32,412 bases of DNA from positions 1-32,412 of the forward strand of contig JBDSFL010000567.1 of the NCBI GenBank assembly GCA_039919545.1, read 5' to 3'. Positions 24,673 through 31,952 of this stretch are shown piece by piece (position 1 is the first letter of the stretch; each line of letters opens with the position of its first letter). The stretch comes from Thermoanaerobaculia bacterium. GTDB lineage: Bacteria > Acidobacteriota > Thermoanaerobaculia > UBA5066. A program made the position numbers and the translations under genes. Below the pieces are notes generated by a model, which worked only from the letters and a program-made list of their open reading frames with translations, was not told where the DNA came from and ran no database searches.

Positions 24673-25215
24673 TTACTGGAAGTAGCCGGTGACGTCGATC
24701 AGGAGATCGAACGTGAACGTATTCGTACACTGAAACACGCCCCCGATCGTTCCGCAGCCGGCCCCAAGCACCTGGAAGTCCTGGCCGGTGAAGTTCCCGC
24801 CGCCCGCCGCGGTGCCGCCGAGCGGAACGATGGCGCCGTTGGCGATCGTCTCGTTCTGGTAGTAGTTCGTGGTGGAGACGTTCGGGAATGAGCCGGGAAA
24901 GGGCGCGATGCGAAGGTCTCCGCCGCCCGCATTTGGATTCACGATCGTTAGGTTGAGCGAAACGGCGGCGGCATTGGCCGGCACTCCGCAGAACCCGCGC
25001 ACCGTGAATGCGCGCGTGGTGGCCGAGCTGATGGTTCCACCGCCCGTGCCGGCGGCCGAAGGCTGCCCGGCTCTCGTGTCGTAGGCGCGACACGGCGACA
25101 CCGCGTAGTAGGAGTACGGCCCCCCCGTCACCTGCGCGAATGCGGCAGAAGAAGAGAGGAGTGCGACGGCTCCCGCGAAGAGGGCAACGACCCTGGGACC
25201 GAGATGATTCTTCAT
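24673..25215 (-). CDS. Small secreted protein consisting of a signal peptide plus the shared C-terminal module only
   Basis: 180 aa. AAGGAGAA lies 3 nt before ATG 25215. The signal is MKNHLGPRVVALFAGAVALLSSSAAFAQ. The module reads YYAVSPCRAYDTR...RAFTVRGFCGVPANAAAVSLNLT...FDLLIDVTGYFQ-stop. Confidence 0.82.
   Translation of the reverse strand: MKNHLGPRVVALFAGAVALLSSSAAFAQVTGGPYSYYAVSPCRAYDTRAGQPSAAGTGGGTISSATTRAFTVRGFCGVPANAAAVSLNLTIVNPNAGGGDLRIAPFPGSFPNVSTTNYYQNETIANGAIVPLGGTAAGGGNFTGQDFQVLGAGCGTIGGVFQCTNTFTFDLLIDVTGYFQ
24676..25113 (-). other. Shared C-terminal two-Cys module, copy 2 (146 aa, with a Gly-rich insertion and one extra Cys pair)
   Basis: SYYAVSPCRAYDTRAG...CGVPANAAAVSLNLTIVN...GGTAAGGGNFTGQDFQVLGAGCGTIGGVFQCTNTFTFDLLIDVTGYFQ-stop. 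Confidence 0.8.
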
Positions 25216-25243
25216 GTGTTCTCCTTTGAGAGCCTTTCCATTC

Positions 25244-26662
25244 TCATGGAAACGCTCCGTTCACGTCAATGATTAGATGGGTGCTCCCGGAAGCCCCCTC
25301 GAAGAGGGCCGTCAGGCCTTGCTCGGGGGACAACCAGATGATGGCGTTGTTGGCGCGCGACTTGCCGGCGGCGAAGCTCACGGCGCTCGCTGCGCTCGGG
25401 CCGGAATGGGTGGCGAAGAGGCGAATGAGGCCCGCAGTGGAAGCATTCACGGCCGTCACGTTCGCCGAGATCGCCCGCGCACCGGGCGGAATGCCGCACT
25501 GGCCGGCTACTGAAAACGTTCGCTCGACGCCGTTTGCAAGCGCTGGCCCTCCCAGGTTTCCCGCGGCGAGCCGCGTATCGAGCAGGCGGCAGGGTGTCAG
25601 TGTCTTGAGCTGAAGCGGGCCGAGCGGGGGACGCCAACCGAGCTGGATCACTTCGAAGTCGCTTGCATGGAGCGCGCCAAAGGCTGGATTCAGGAGGCCG
25701 TTGTCCCACCGCGTGTCGTAGGTGCCCTGGATGTACATGTTCGAGCCGTTGTCCGCGACGATGAGCCCGTACGTCTTCATCGCCTGCACGATGCGCTGCA
25801 CGCCGGCGTCGGCGCTCGCCACCGTGACGCCGGGCTTCAGGCGCATCCGCGTGCCCATCGGGAGCGCCCCCACGGTGGAACCGGCGTCGTGTGAGCCCGG
25901 ATACACGTAGTCAAAGGAGTTCTGCACCGTGAAACGGAACGCGTGCTTGATCGGAGACGCACCGTACGCCTCGTCGTAGCGAACGAGCCCGGGCAGGATC
26001 GCGAGGCCCGCCGCATCGGCGCTCGTCCACGTGTCGGGCCTGCGCGCGTTCGAATCCAGCGAAAAAATGGCTCCCGAGCCGGCGCTCCAAGTGCAATTCG
26101 CGTCATCTGCCGGAAGGCACCGCGTGTTGAAGGTCTCGAAAAGCAGCCGATTATCGGTATCGACGATCAGCATGTGGTTGTCGCCCGCACACGGCGACGT
26201 CTGAGGGGTGGGGAGCGTTCGGTCGCAGTTGCCCGGATAGCCCCCCTCGATCCAGTGCGGCAGCGTTTTCGCCTGGTTGGGGATCGGATAACCCAAGGGG
26301 CGCCCCGGCGCACCGTAGTCGCTCTCGGTCGGGTAGTCGAAGGTCATCTCCACGAGCGGCTGGGTGCCGGGAACCGTGATGTAGACCATCCCGTAGATCG
26401 CGGTCGGACCCGCATCGCCGCCGAAATCGGGATGCAGCGCTCGCGTGCCGCCGATGTGCGCGATCAGCGCGGCGCTCTTGAGGTCCACGGGCGCGCTCGT
26501 GACGTCGACGTTCCACCAGTTGTCCGCTGGAAAGAGCGGGTTTGGCCCGGGCAGAGGGCCGCCGGGAACGGCCTGAGCAACCGCGAAGGCGGACGTCATC
26601 GCACTCGCCGCGCCGAGGGCGAGCACGAGCAGGGCGGATCGGGCGCTACTGGAAGTAACCAT
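25244..26662 (-). CDS. Secreted protein of unknown function (N-terminal domain of about 340 aa) carrying the shared C-terminal module
   Basis: 472 aa. The signal is MVTSSSARSALLVLALGAASAMTSAFAVAQA. The N-domain has conserved-looking blocks DNWWNVDV, HPDFGG, RPDTWTSADAAGLAILPGLVRYDE, IKHAFRFTV, LPMGTRMRLK and YGLIVADNGSNMYIQG. I recognise this as a recurrent uncharacterised family but cannot name it. The protein ends ...HLIIDVNGAFP-stop. Confidence 0.8.
   Translation of the reverse strand: MVTSSSARSALLVLALGAASAMTSAFAVAQAVPGGPLPGPNPLFPADNWWNVDVTSAPVDLKSAALIAHIGGTRALHPDFGGDAGPTAIYGMVYITVPGTQPLVEMTFDYPTESDYGAPGRPLGYPIPNQAKTLPHWIEGGYPGNCDRTLPTPQTSPCAGDNHMLIVDTDNRLLFETFNTRCLPADDANCTWSAGSGAIFSLDSNARRPDTWTSADAAGLAILPGLVRYDEAYGASPIKHAFRFTVQNSFDYVYPGSHDAGSTVGALPMGTRMRLKPGVTVASADAGVQRIVQAMKTYGLIVADNGSNMYIQGTYDTRWDNGLLNPAFGALHASDFEVIQLGWRPPLGPLQLKTLTPCRLLDTRLAAGNLGGPALANGVERTFSVAGQCGIPPGARAISANVTAVNASTAGLIRLFATHSGPSAASAVSFAAGKSRANNAIIWLSPEQGLTALFEGASGSTHLIIDVNGAFP
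25247..25612 (-). other. Shared C-terminal two-Cys module, copy 3 (about 122 aa)
   Basis: QLKTLTPCRLLDTRLAAGNLGGPALANGVERTFSVAGQCGIPPGARAISANVTAV...AAGKSRANNA...HLIIDVNGAFP-stop. Confidence 0.8.
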
Positions 26663-28403
26663 TCACGTCGAGGATGAAGTGGATCGTACTCGCAGATTCG
26701 TTCTGAACGGCCAGAGTTCCGGCGGAATTCGTCGCGAGGCGAAGCTGGGCGCTGTTGGCGCGCGTCAGACCGGGCGCGAAGGTGATGGACGTGGACGAAG
26801 GAGGGCCGAGATCAGCCGGGTAGATCTTCAGGTCTCCGGCGGCGGCTACCTGAGTCACCGTGATGTTCCCGGAGATCGACTTCGCGCTGGCCGGAACGCC
26901 GCACGAGCCCACGATGGGGAACACCCGGAGTCCGTTGGCGGCCAGCGCAGGCCCTCCGAGGGAGCCGGCCGCGTTGCGCGTATCCACCACGCGGCAGGGC
27001 GGAACGGAATAGAACTTGATGGGGCCCGCCGCGGCGACCGTGAACGGGAAGATGCATGTTCCGACGGCGGCGACTATCTTCGGCTGGAGCAGCGCCACCG
27101 AGGTGGGATGAAAGACGTTCTTGGCGCTGCAGCCGGCGATCCCCGACACGTGGCAGTAGCTCATGAGCGTGCCCGTCACGCTCGGAACGCCGTTGTAGGT
27201 GGCGGCTGCGGGGCAGCTCGTCCCGGGACCCGGCCAGCAGGTTGGGCCGGACTGGATGTAGCAGGTGTCGATCGGCGGGTTGTAGCAGTGGGTGTGCGGA
27301 GAGCCGAAATTGTGGCCGACCTCGTGCCCCACCACGTAGGTGTCGCCGGTCAAGTTTCCCGGCTTGAAGACCTGGCTGTAGCTGTAGCCGGTCGAGGAGC
27401 TGTTGCAGAGTCCGTCGAGCCAGGCGATGCCCGAGGCCGAGAAGCCGCTCGACTGCTTCCCCGAGAGCATCATCGCGAGCGCCCGAGTGATGCCGCCGTT
27501 GTTCGTGGCCCAATAGTTCGTGAATTCGTTGAGGTTGGCGATGCCGGCGCCGCCGTTCGTTCCCAGCGCATACGGGTCCGGCGTCGTGGTGACCCGCAGG
27601 AACGTCGTGCCCTGGACGAGCCGGACGAGCAGGTCGCGCTCGTACATCAGGCTCATCGAGGCGAACAGGCTGGCGATGTAGTTCGTGGCGTTCGTGGTGT
27701 TGTCGCCGTAGAACGCCATCAGCTCGTTGTCGGTGTCGACCGCGATCACGGCGGTGTGGAGCGAGGTGATGGCCAGCGGCGCGACGCCGGCGAGCGTCTG
27801 GCGCGGCGCGGCGTCGACGGCGGGATCGTAGGGAACCTGGTCCTCGCCGCACGACCACCGGCGCTCGGCCTGCTGCTCGGGCGACAGGAAAGACTGCGCT
27901 TCCCCGAGCACGTGCCGCGCGCCCTCGTCCCCGGTCTCGGCACGCAGCTCCTGCAAGCCGGCCTCCGTCTCGGCGAGGCCATGAAAGGTCTTGCGATCCG
28001 GATCGAGGATGACGACGACGCGCGTGGCCTCGTCGCCCGCCACCGTGCCCCAGAAAAAATGCAGGCGCGATTTCGGCAGCTCCGTGAGCGTGCCGCCATC
28101 GACGCGGAAGATGCGGGCGTCCGCCGCATAGACGTCGTGGCGGGTGAGAGACACCTCGGCGCGTCGTCCGGGAGAGAGCGGCCAGCCGGCGATCGAGACC
28201 TCGCTCTCCATTGGGATCTCCTCCAGGAAACCAGGGAGCGCTGCATCGAACGACAGGCGCTCCATCCGGCTCACGCCGTCGCGCGCCAGGTCGAAAGTGC
28301 CCGCCGTGGCCGCACGGCCTTCGAATCGCCGCACCGGCGCCGCTTGCGCGAATCGCGCCGAGACGACGACACCGAGGAGCAGCAGACGCAGGACCCGTTG
28401 CAT
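26646..28403 (-). CDS. Secreted zinc metalloprotease (reprolysin/M12B-like zincin) carrying the shared C-terminal module
   Basis: 585 aa. The signal is MQRVLRLLLLGVVVSARFAQA. The zinc motif YVVGHEVGHNFGSPHTHC (HExxHxxGxxH) lies at nt 27294-27326 on the minus strand, and the catalytic domain is Cys-rich. The protein ends ...HFILDVNGYFQ-stop. The 3' end overlaps the next gene by 17 nt. Confidence 0.85.
   Translation of the reverse strand: MQRVLRLLLLGVVVSARFAQAAPVRRFEGRAATAGTFDLARDGVSRMERLSFDAALPGFLEEIPMESEVSIAGWPLSPGRRAEVSLTRHDVYAADARIFRVDGGTLTELPKSRLHFFWGTVAGDEATRVVVILDPDRKTFHGLAETEAGLQELRAETGDEGARHVLGEAQSFLSPEQQAERRWSCGEDQVPYDPAVDAAPRQTLAGVAPLAITSLHTAVIAVDTDNELMAFYGDNTTNATNYIASLFASMSLMYERDLLVRLVQGTTFLRVTTTPDPYALGTNGGAGIANLNEFTNYWATNNGGITRALAMMLSGKQSSGFSASGIAWLDGLCNSSSTGYSYSQVFKPGNLTGDTYVVGHEVGHNFGSPHTHCYNPPIDTCYIQSGPTCWPGPGTSCPAAATYNGVPSVTGTLMSYCHVSGIAGCSAKNVFHPTSVALLQPKIVAAVGTCIFPFTVAAAGPIKFYSVPPCRVVDTRNAAGSLGGPALAANGLRVFPIVGSCGVPASAKSISGNITVTQVAAAGDLKIYPADLGPPSSTSITFAPGLTRANSAQLRLATNSAGTLAVQNESASTIHFILDVNGYFQ
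26649..27017 (-). other. Shared C-terminal two-Cys module, copy 4 (123 aa)
   Basis: KFYSVPPCRVVDTRNAAGSLGGPALAANGLRVFPIVGSCGVPASAKSISGNITVT...APGLTRANSA...HFILDVNGYFQ-stop. Confidence 0.8.
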
Positions 28404-28448
28404 GGTGCACCTTCACTTTCACCCTTGCAGTGAAAAAATCTGCTCGAA

Positions 28449-28478
28449 TCTTACAAACGTGTTTTGTGTCACAGCAAG
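28449..28478 (-). promoter_or_regulatory. Sigma70-like promoter candidate for the 28403->20631 operon
   Basis: On the minus strand the -35 is TTGCTG (comp. 28473-28478), followed by an 18-nt spacer and the -10 TAAGAT (comp. 28449-28454). It lies about 45 nt upstream of ATG 28403, which has a GAAGGTG SD. It sits in the most AT-rich stretch of the window (28404-28470). Confidence 0.4.
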
Positions 28479-28566
28479 TCCAGAGCCGCTCCTGGCCCGG
28501 GTGCCAGTGCTGACTCGACCTGCGGCCAGTGCGCTCCTGGAGTCGGGCGCGAACGTCAAACGCGGT

Positions 28567-29082
28567 TCAGCGCTTGTAGGTCTTCACGGCGCTGCGCGTC
28601 TCGCGGTCGATCTCGCGCTTCTTGATGGTCTCGCGCTTGTCGTACTGCTTCTTGCCGGTGACGACCGCGATCTGCGCCTTCACGTGCTTGCCCTTGAAAT
28701 AGAGCGAGAGGGGAACGCACGTGGCGCCCGATTTCTGGATCCTCGCGGCCAGCCGGGTGATCTCGCGCCGGTGCAGGAGCAGCTTGCGCCGCCGTTTCGA
28801 ATCGGGGTTGTTGTAGCTCCCGGCGCCGTACGGAGCGATGTGGACGTTCCAGAGCCACACCTCGGTGCCGTCGATGGCCACGTAGCCGTCCGTCAGGTTG
28901 GCTTGCCCGTCGCGCAGCGACTTGACCTCGGTGCCCGTGAGCGCCAGGCCCGCCTCGAGCTTGTCTTCGATGAAGTAGTCGTGAAGCGCGCGCCGGTTCG
29001 TCGCGATGGGCCGCACGCCCGCGTTCTTGTCGGCGTTCCGGTCCGACGTGCGCTTCTCGTTGCGCTCGATGCGCGACTTCAT
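28567..29082 (-). CDS. smpB: SsrA-binding protein SmpB
   Basis: 171 aa. The sequence ...NRRALHDYFIEDKLEAGLALTGTEVKSLRDGQANLTDGYV...RRRKLLLHRREI...VPLSLYFKGKHVKAQIAVVTGKKQYDKRETIKKRE is collinear with E. coli SmpB as I remember it. Confidence 0.95.
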   Translation of the reverse strand: MKSRIERNEKRTSDRNADKNAGVRPIATNRRALHDYFIEDKLEAGLALTGTEVKSLRDGQANLTDGYVAIDGTEVWLWNVHIAPYGAGSYNNPDSKRRRKLLLHRREITRLAARIQKSGATCVPLSLYFKGKHVKAQIAVVTGKKQYDKRETIKKREIDRETRSAVKTYKR

Positions 29083-29092
29083 GACGGGGGCT

Positions 29093-30820
29093 TCATTGAG
29101 CGGGCTTCATCGTCTCGACCATGGCGCGGAAGGCGGGCAACAGCTCCGGGTCGAACTGCGTGCCGCCTTTCGACGAGAGGATCTCGAGCGCCTGCCCCGC
29201 AGAGATGACCGCGCGGTAGGAGGTGGGCGACGTCATCGCGTCGAAGGCCTCGCAGAGATGGATGATTCGCGACCCGAGCGGAATCTGCTCGCCGCGCAAG
29301 CCGTCCGGATAGCCGGCGCCGTCCCAGCGCTCGTGATGGTGCTTCACCAGCGGCGCGACGGGATAGGGCCAGGGCACCTCGTCGAGCAGGTAGGCGCCGA
29401 CCCGCGCGTGTTCGCGCAGGAGCCGCAGCTCCTCCTCGTTCAGGTTTCGCTTGGCATAGAGCTCGTCGTAGCTGAGGTCTTTCATCCCGATGTCGTGCAG
29501 GATGGCCGCGACCGTGATCTGCTCGATCTCGATCGCGGGCAGCCGCAGGGCGCTCGCGATCTTGCGCGCCATCCGGCCCACGTTGAACGAGTGCGTCTTC
29601 AGCGCCGCGTACTTCTTCAGCCCCGGCTCGAGCAGCTTGTTGACCAGGTTCTTGTAAGCCTCTCGGTAGAGGCCCGCCCCACGAACCTCCTCGAGCGAGG
29701 TCTTGATGAGGAGGTGGACGTCTTTGAGGCCCTCACGCGTGTCCGCGCCGGGCCCGTGGCGGAAGACGAAGGACAGGATCGAGACCTCGTCGGACGAGAC
29801 CTGAAGCACCGACGACTGGATCGCCGCGAACTCCCCACGTCCGAGCGGCGAAGCGCCTTCGGCGGGGGCGCGGAGGCTCGTCAGGCGACGGGTGGGGGCC
29901 AGCGGGAAGCCCGCGCCTGAACGCGCGAAGACCTTCTCGACGTTTTCCAGCACGGCAGGCTCCACGTCGGCCGAAATGGGCCGGCGCGCGGCAAATACGA
30001 TCTCGACCTCTCGACGGCCGCACAGGGTGATTGCCGCCAGCTCCAGGTCGGGAAGGTGAAGGCAGGCCTCCAGATGCAGGCGATGGAACGCGGTCTCACG
30101 CGCCCGCACGGATGCGGGAATTGCGGGGCGGGGCGCCGGGGTGCGCGCGAGCGTTTCCTCCACGAGCTTGAGCAGGCGCGCCGCGCCGCTGGGGAGGTGC
30201 GAGACCGGCAGCTCGTCCAGGCTCTGCGGTGCCGCGGGGGCGGGACGCGGAGGGGCCTCGGCTCGCGGAGCCGGACCGGGAGCCACGGCGGGCGGAGGCG
30301 CGGGCGGAGCGTTGCCTGAGGACCTGCTGTCGCGGAACCCGCGTTCGAGCTGGAACTCCTCTTCCTCCACACCGACCGAGCGGTAGCGGGGCAAGGCCGC
30401 GGCGTGCACGGAAAGACGTTCCAGGATCTCGTTCACCCGCTCGATGTCGGCGGGAAGGAAGGGTTCACGCCCGGCCTTGTCCCGCACGTCGAGGATGCCG
30501 ATCATCCGGCCGTCCAGGTACAGCGGCGCCGTGAGGATGCGAGTGGACGAGGCGGCATCCATCAGGTTGGCCAGGGCTCCGGCGCTCTTGAAATCGTTGG
30601 CGTAGCGCGGGACGCGAGCCTCGTTGACGGCCTGGGCCATCGCATCGCCCCGATGGATCACGGTGGCGAAACGGTCGGTGCGCCCGAAGCCATAGCTGGC
30701 GGCCAGCGCATAGCTTCCGTTGGGCTCCGAGAGGTAGAAGGCCGCTTTCGTGGCCCGGACCTTCTCCATCAGCTGATAGAGAGTTTCCTTGAAGGGCCTC
30801 TCTTCATCGGAAGTCAACAC
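29093..30820 (-). CDS. GAF domain / HD-GYP domain protein (putative c-di-GMP phosphodiesterase or signalling protein)
   Basis: This is the C-terminal 575 codons of ORF 29093..32185. The start is placed at GTG 30820, with ATG 30769 as an alternative, because everything upstream is antisense to lpxC. The GAF-like N-terminus reads AAFYLSEPNGSYALAASYGFG...LYLDGRMIGILDVRDK, followed by a Pro/Ala-rich linker. The HD-GYP part reads AAILHDIGM...VKHHHERWDGAGYPDGL. Confidence 0.82.
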   Translation of the reverse strand: MLTSDEERPFKETLYQLMEKVRATKAAFYLSEPNGSYALAASYGFGRTDRFATVIHRGDAMAQAVNEARVPRYANDFKSAGALANLMDAASSTRILTAPLYLDGRMIGILDVRDKAGREPFLPADIERVNEILERLSVHAAALPRYRSVGVEEEEFQLERGFRDSRSSGNAPPAPPPAVAPGPAPRAEAPPRPAPAAPQSLDELPVSHLPSGAARLLKLVEETLARTPAPRPAIPASVRARETAFHRLHLEACLHLPDLELAAITLCGRREVEIVFAARRPISADVEPAVLENVEKVFARSGAGFPLAPTRRLTSLRAPAEGASPLGRGEFAAIQSSVLQVSSDEVSILSFVFRHGPGADTREGLKDVHLLIKTSLEEVRGAGLYREAYKNLVNKLLEPGLKKYAALKTHSFNVGRMARKIASALRLPAIEIEQITVAAILHDIGMKDLSYDELYAKRNLNEEELRLLREHARVGAYLLDEVPWPYPVAPLVKHHHERWDGAGYPDGLRGEQIPLGSRIIHLCEAFDAMTSPTSYRAVISAGQALEILSSKGGTQFDPELLPAFRAMVETMKPAQ

Positions 30821-31018
30821 GCCATTCCAAGCATAGCAGCCGAACGCGCCAGGTTGATCTCGGTGAGGCCGCGCGTGCGGACGCAAGGTGTGGCTTCCGC
30901 GCCGCACGGTGAGGGGAGGGCGCCACATGTGTGGGGCGCGCAAGTGCCGTGCACGCAATGAAATCAAGCACTTTCGCGAGTGATCTCCCTGGCATCCCCC
31001 ATGCGTAGGCTCGGCATC

Positions 31019-31897
31019 ATGCGTATGCAGGCGACGCTCGCCCGCCCGTGCCGGATCGCCGGGGTCGGGCTCCATTCGGGCCGGCACGTCGAAGTGACTC
31101 TCCATCCCGCCGAGGCTGGACACGGCATCGTGTTCTATCGCAGCGACATCGACGCGTTCATCCCGGCTCTCGCCGAGGAAGCGGGTCGCTTCGAGCACGC
31201 GACCTCGCTGGGCGCCAAGGGGCGCGACGTGAGCACGGTCGAGCACCTCCTGGCCGCCGCCTTCGGCTTCGGTGTCGACAACCTGCTGGTCGAGGTGAAC
31301 GGTCCCGAGATCCCCATCCTCGACGGCAGCTCCGCCCCCTGGCTCGAAATCTTCCGGCAGGCCGGCGTCGTTCGGCAAGGCATGCTCATCCACCCTTACA
31401 CCCCGAAGCACACGCTCTCCGTCTCGGGTCCCAACGGCAAACGGCTGGAGATCCGGCCCGCACGTGAGCTGCGCATCACCTATTCGATCGATTTTCCTCA
31501 CGCCATCATCGGCAAGCAGTCGATCACCGTGGTGATCACTCCCGACAGCTTCACGCGCCACCTGGCCCCCGCCCGCACCTTCGGATTCCTGGCCGAGTAC
31601 GAGACGCTGAAGGCGCACGGGCTGGCCCGCGGCGCCGACGCGCACAACTGCATCGTGATCGGCGAAGACCGCATCGAGAACGGCGCGCTCCGCTTTCCGG
31701 ACGAGTTCGTTCGTCACAAGGCGCTCGACCTCCTGGGCGATCTGGCCCTGCTCGGGCGCCCGGTGCTGGGCCATGTCATCGCGCATCGCGCCGGTCATGC
31801 CATGCACGCGGCGCTCGCGGGCCTGCTGCGCGAGCAGCTCCTTTCCGGCAGCGACGCGCCGGCCCAGCAGTCCACCAGCCTGGCCGCTGGAAAGTAG
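31019..31897 (+). CDS. lpxC: UDP-3-O-acyl-N-acetylglucosamine deacetylase
   Basis: The track ORF is 30980..31897. The start is chosen at MRMQATLARPCRIAGVGLHSGRHVEVTLHPA by analogy with the E. coli N-terminus. The motifs are STVEHLLAAAFGFGVDNLLVEVNGPEIPILDGSSAPW, FVRHKALDLLGDLALLG and AGHAMHA. Confidence 0.93.
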   Translation: MRMQATLARPCRIAGVGLHSGRHVEVTLHPAEAGHGIVFYRSDIDAFIPALAEEAGRFEHATSLGAKGRDVSTVEHLLAAAFGFGVDNLLVEVNGPEIPILDGSSAPWLEIFRQAGVVRQGMLIHPYTPKHTLSVSGPNGKRLEIRPARELRITYSIDFPHAIIGKQSITVVITPDSFTRHLAPARTFGFLAEYETLKAHGLARGADAHNCIVIGEDRIENGALRFPDEFVRHKALDLLGDLALLGRPVLGHVIAHRAGHAMHAALAGLLREQLLSGSDAPAQQSTSLAAGK

Positions 31898-31952
31898 GCC
31901 CCCCCGGAGTCCCGCAGCACCTGGTGCGGCCGCCGAGCGTAAAGTTCGGGTC

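Noticed and set aside
20634-27017. Calling the shared C-terminal module a canonical T9SS CTD, PEP-CTERM, LPXTG or MYXO/GlyGly-CTERM signal
   Set aside because: It has no terminal TM helix or basic tail and no LPXTG or PEP motif. The conserved blocks do not match the T9SS CTD pattern as I remember it. No T9SS core genes are in the window. The PorU analogy is kept only as a hypothesis.
26679-28433. A 584-aa plus-strand ORF and a 536-aa alternative minus-frame ORF (26812-28422) over the metalloprotease gene
   Set aside because: Only the 26646-28403 frame has a signal peptide, the HExxHxxGxxH motif and the shared C-terminal module. The others are shadow ORFs.
28404-28566. Possible tmRNA (ssrA) next to smpB
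   Set aside because: The gap is only 163 nt. I could see no tRNA-like acceptor/T-arm pairing and no tag-peptide reading frame. The gap is better explained as the promoter of the cargo operon plus the smpB 3' region. It contains short repeats (ctcctgg, gccagtgc) but no convincing structure.
30923-30934. CCACA-tg-TGTGG inverted repeat in the HD-GYP/lpxC divergent region, as an operator
   Set aside because: The arms are only 5 bp, with no second copy and no recognisable regulator nearby.
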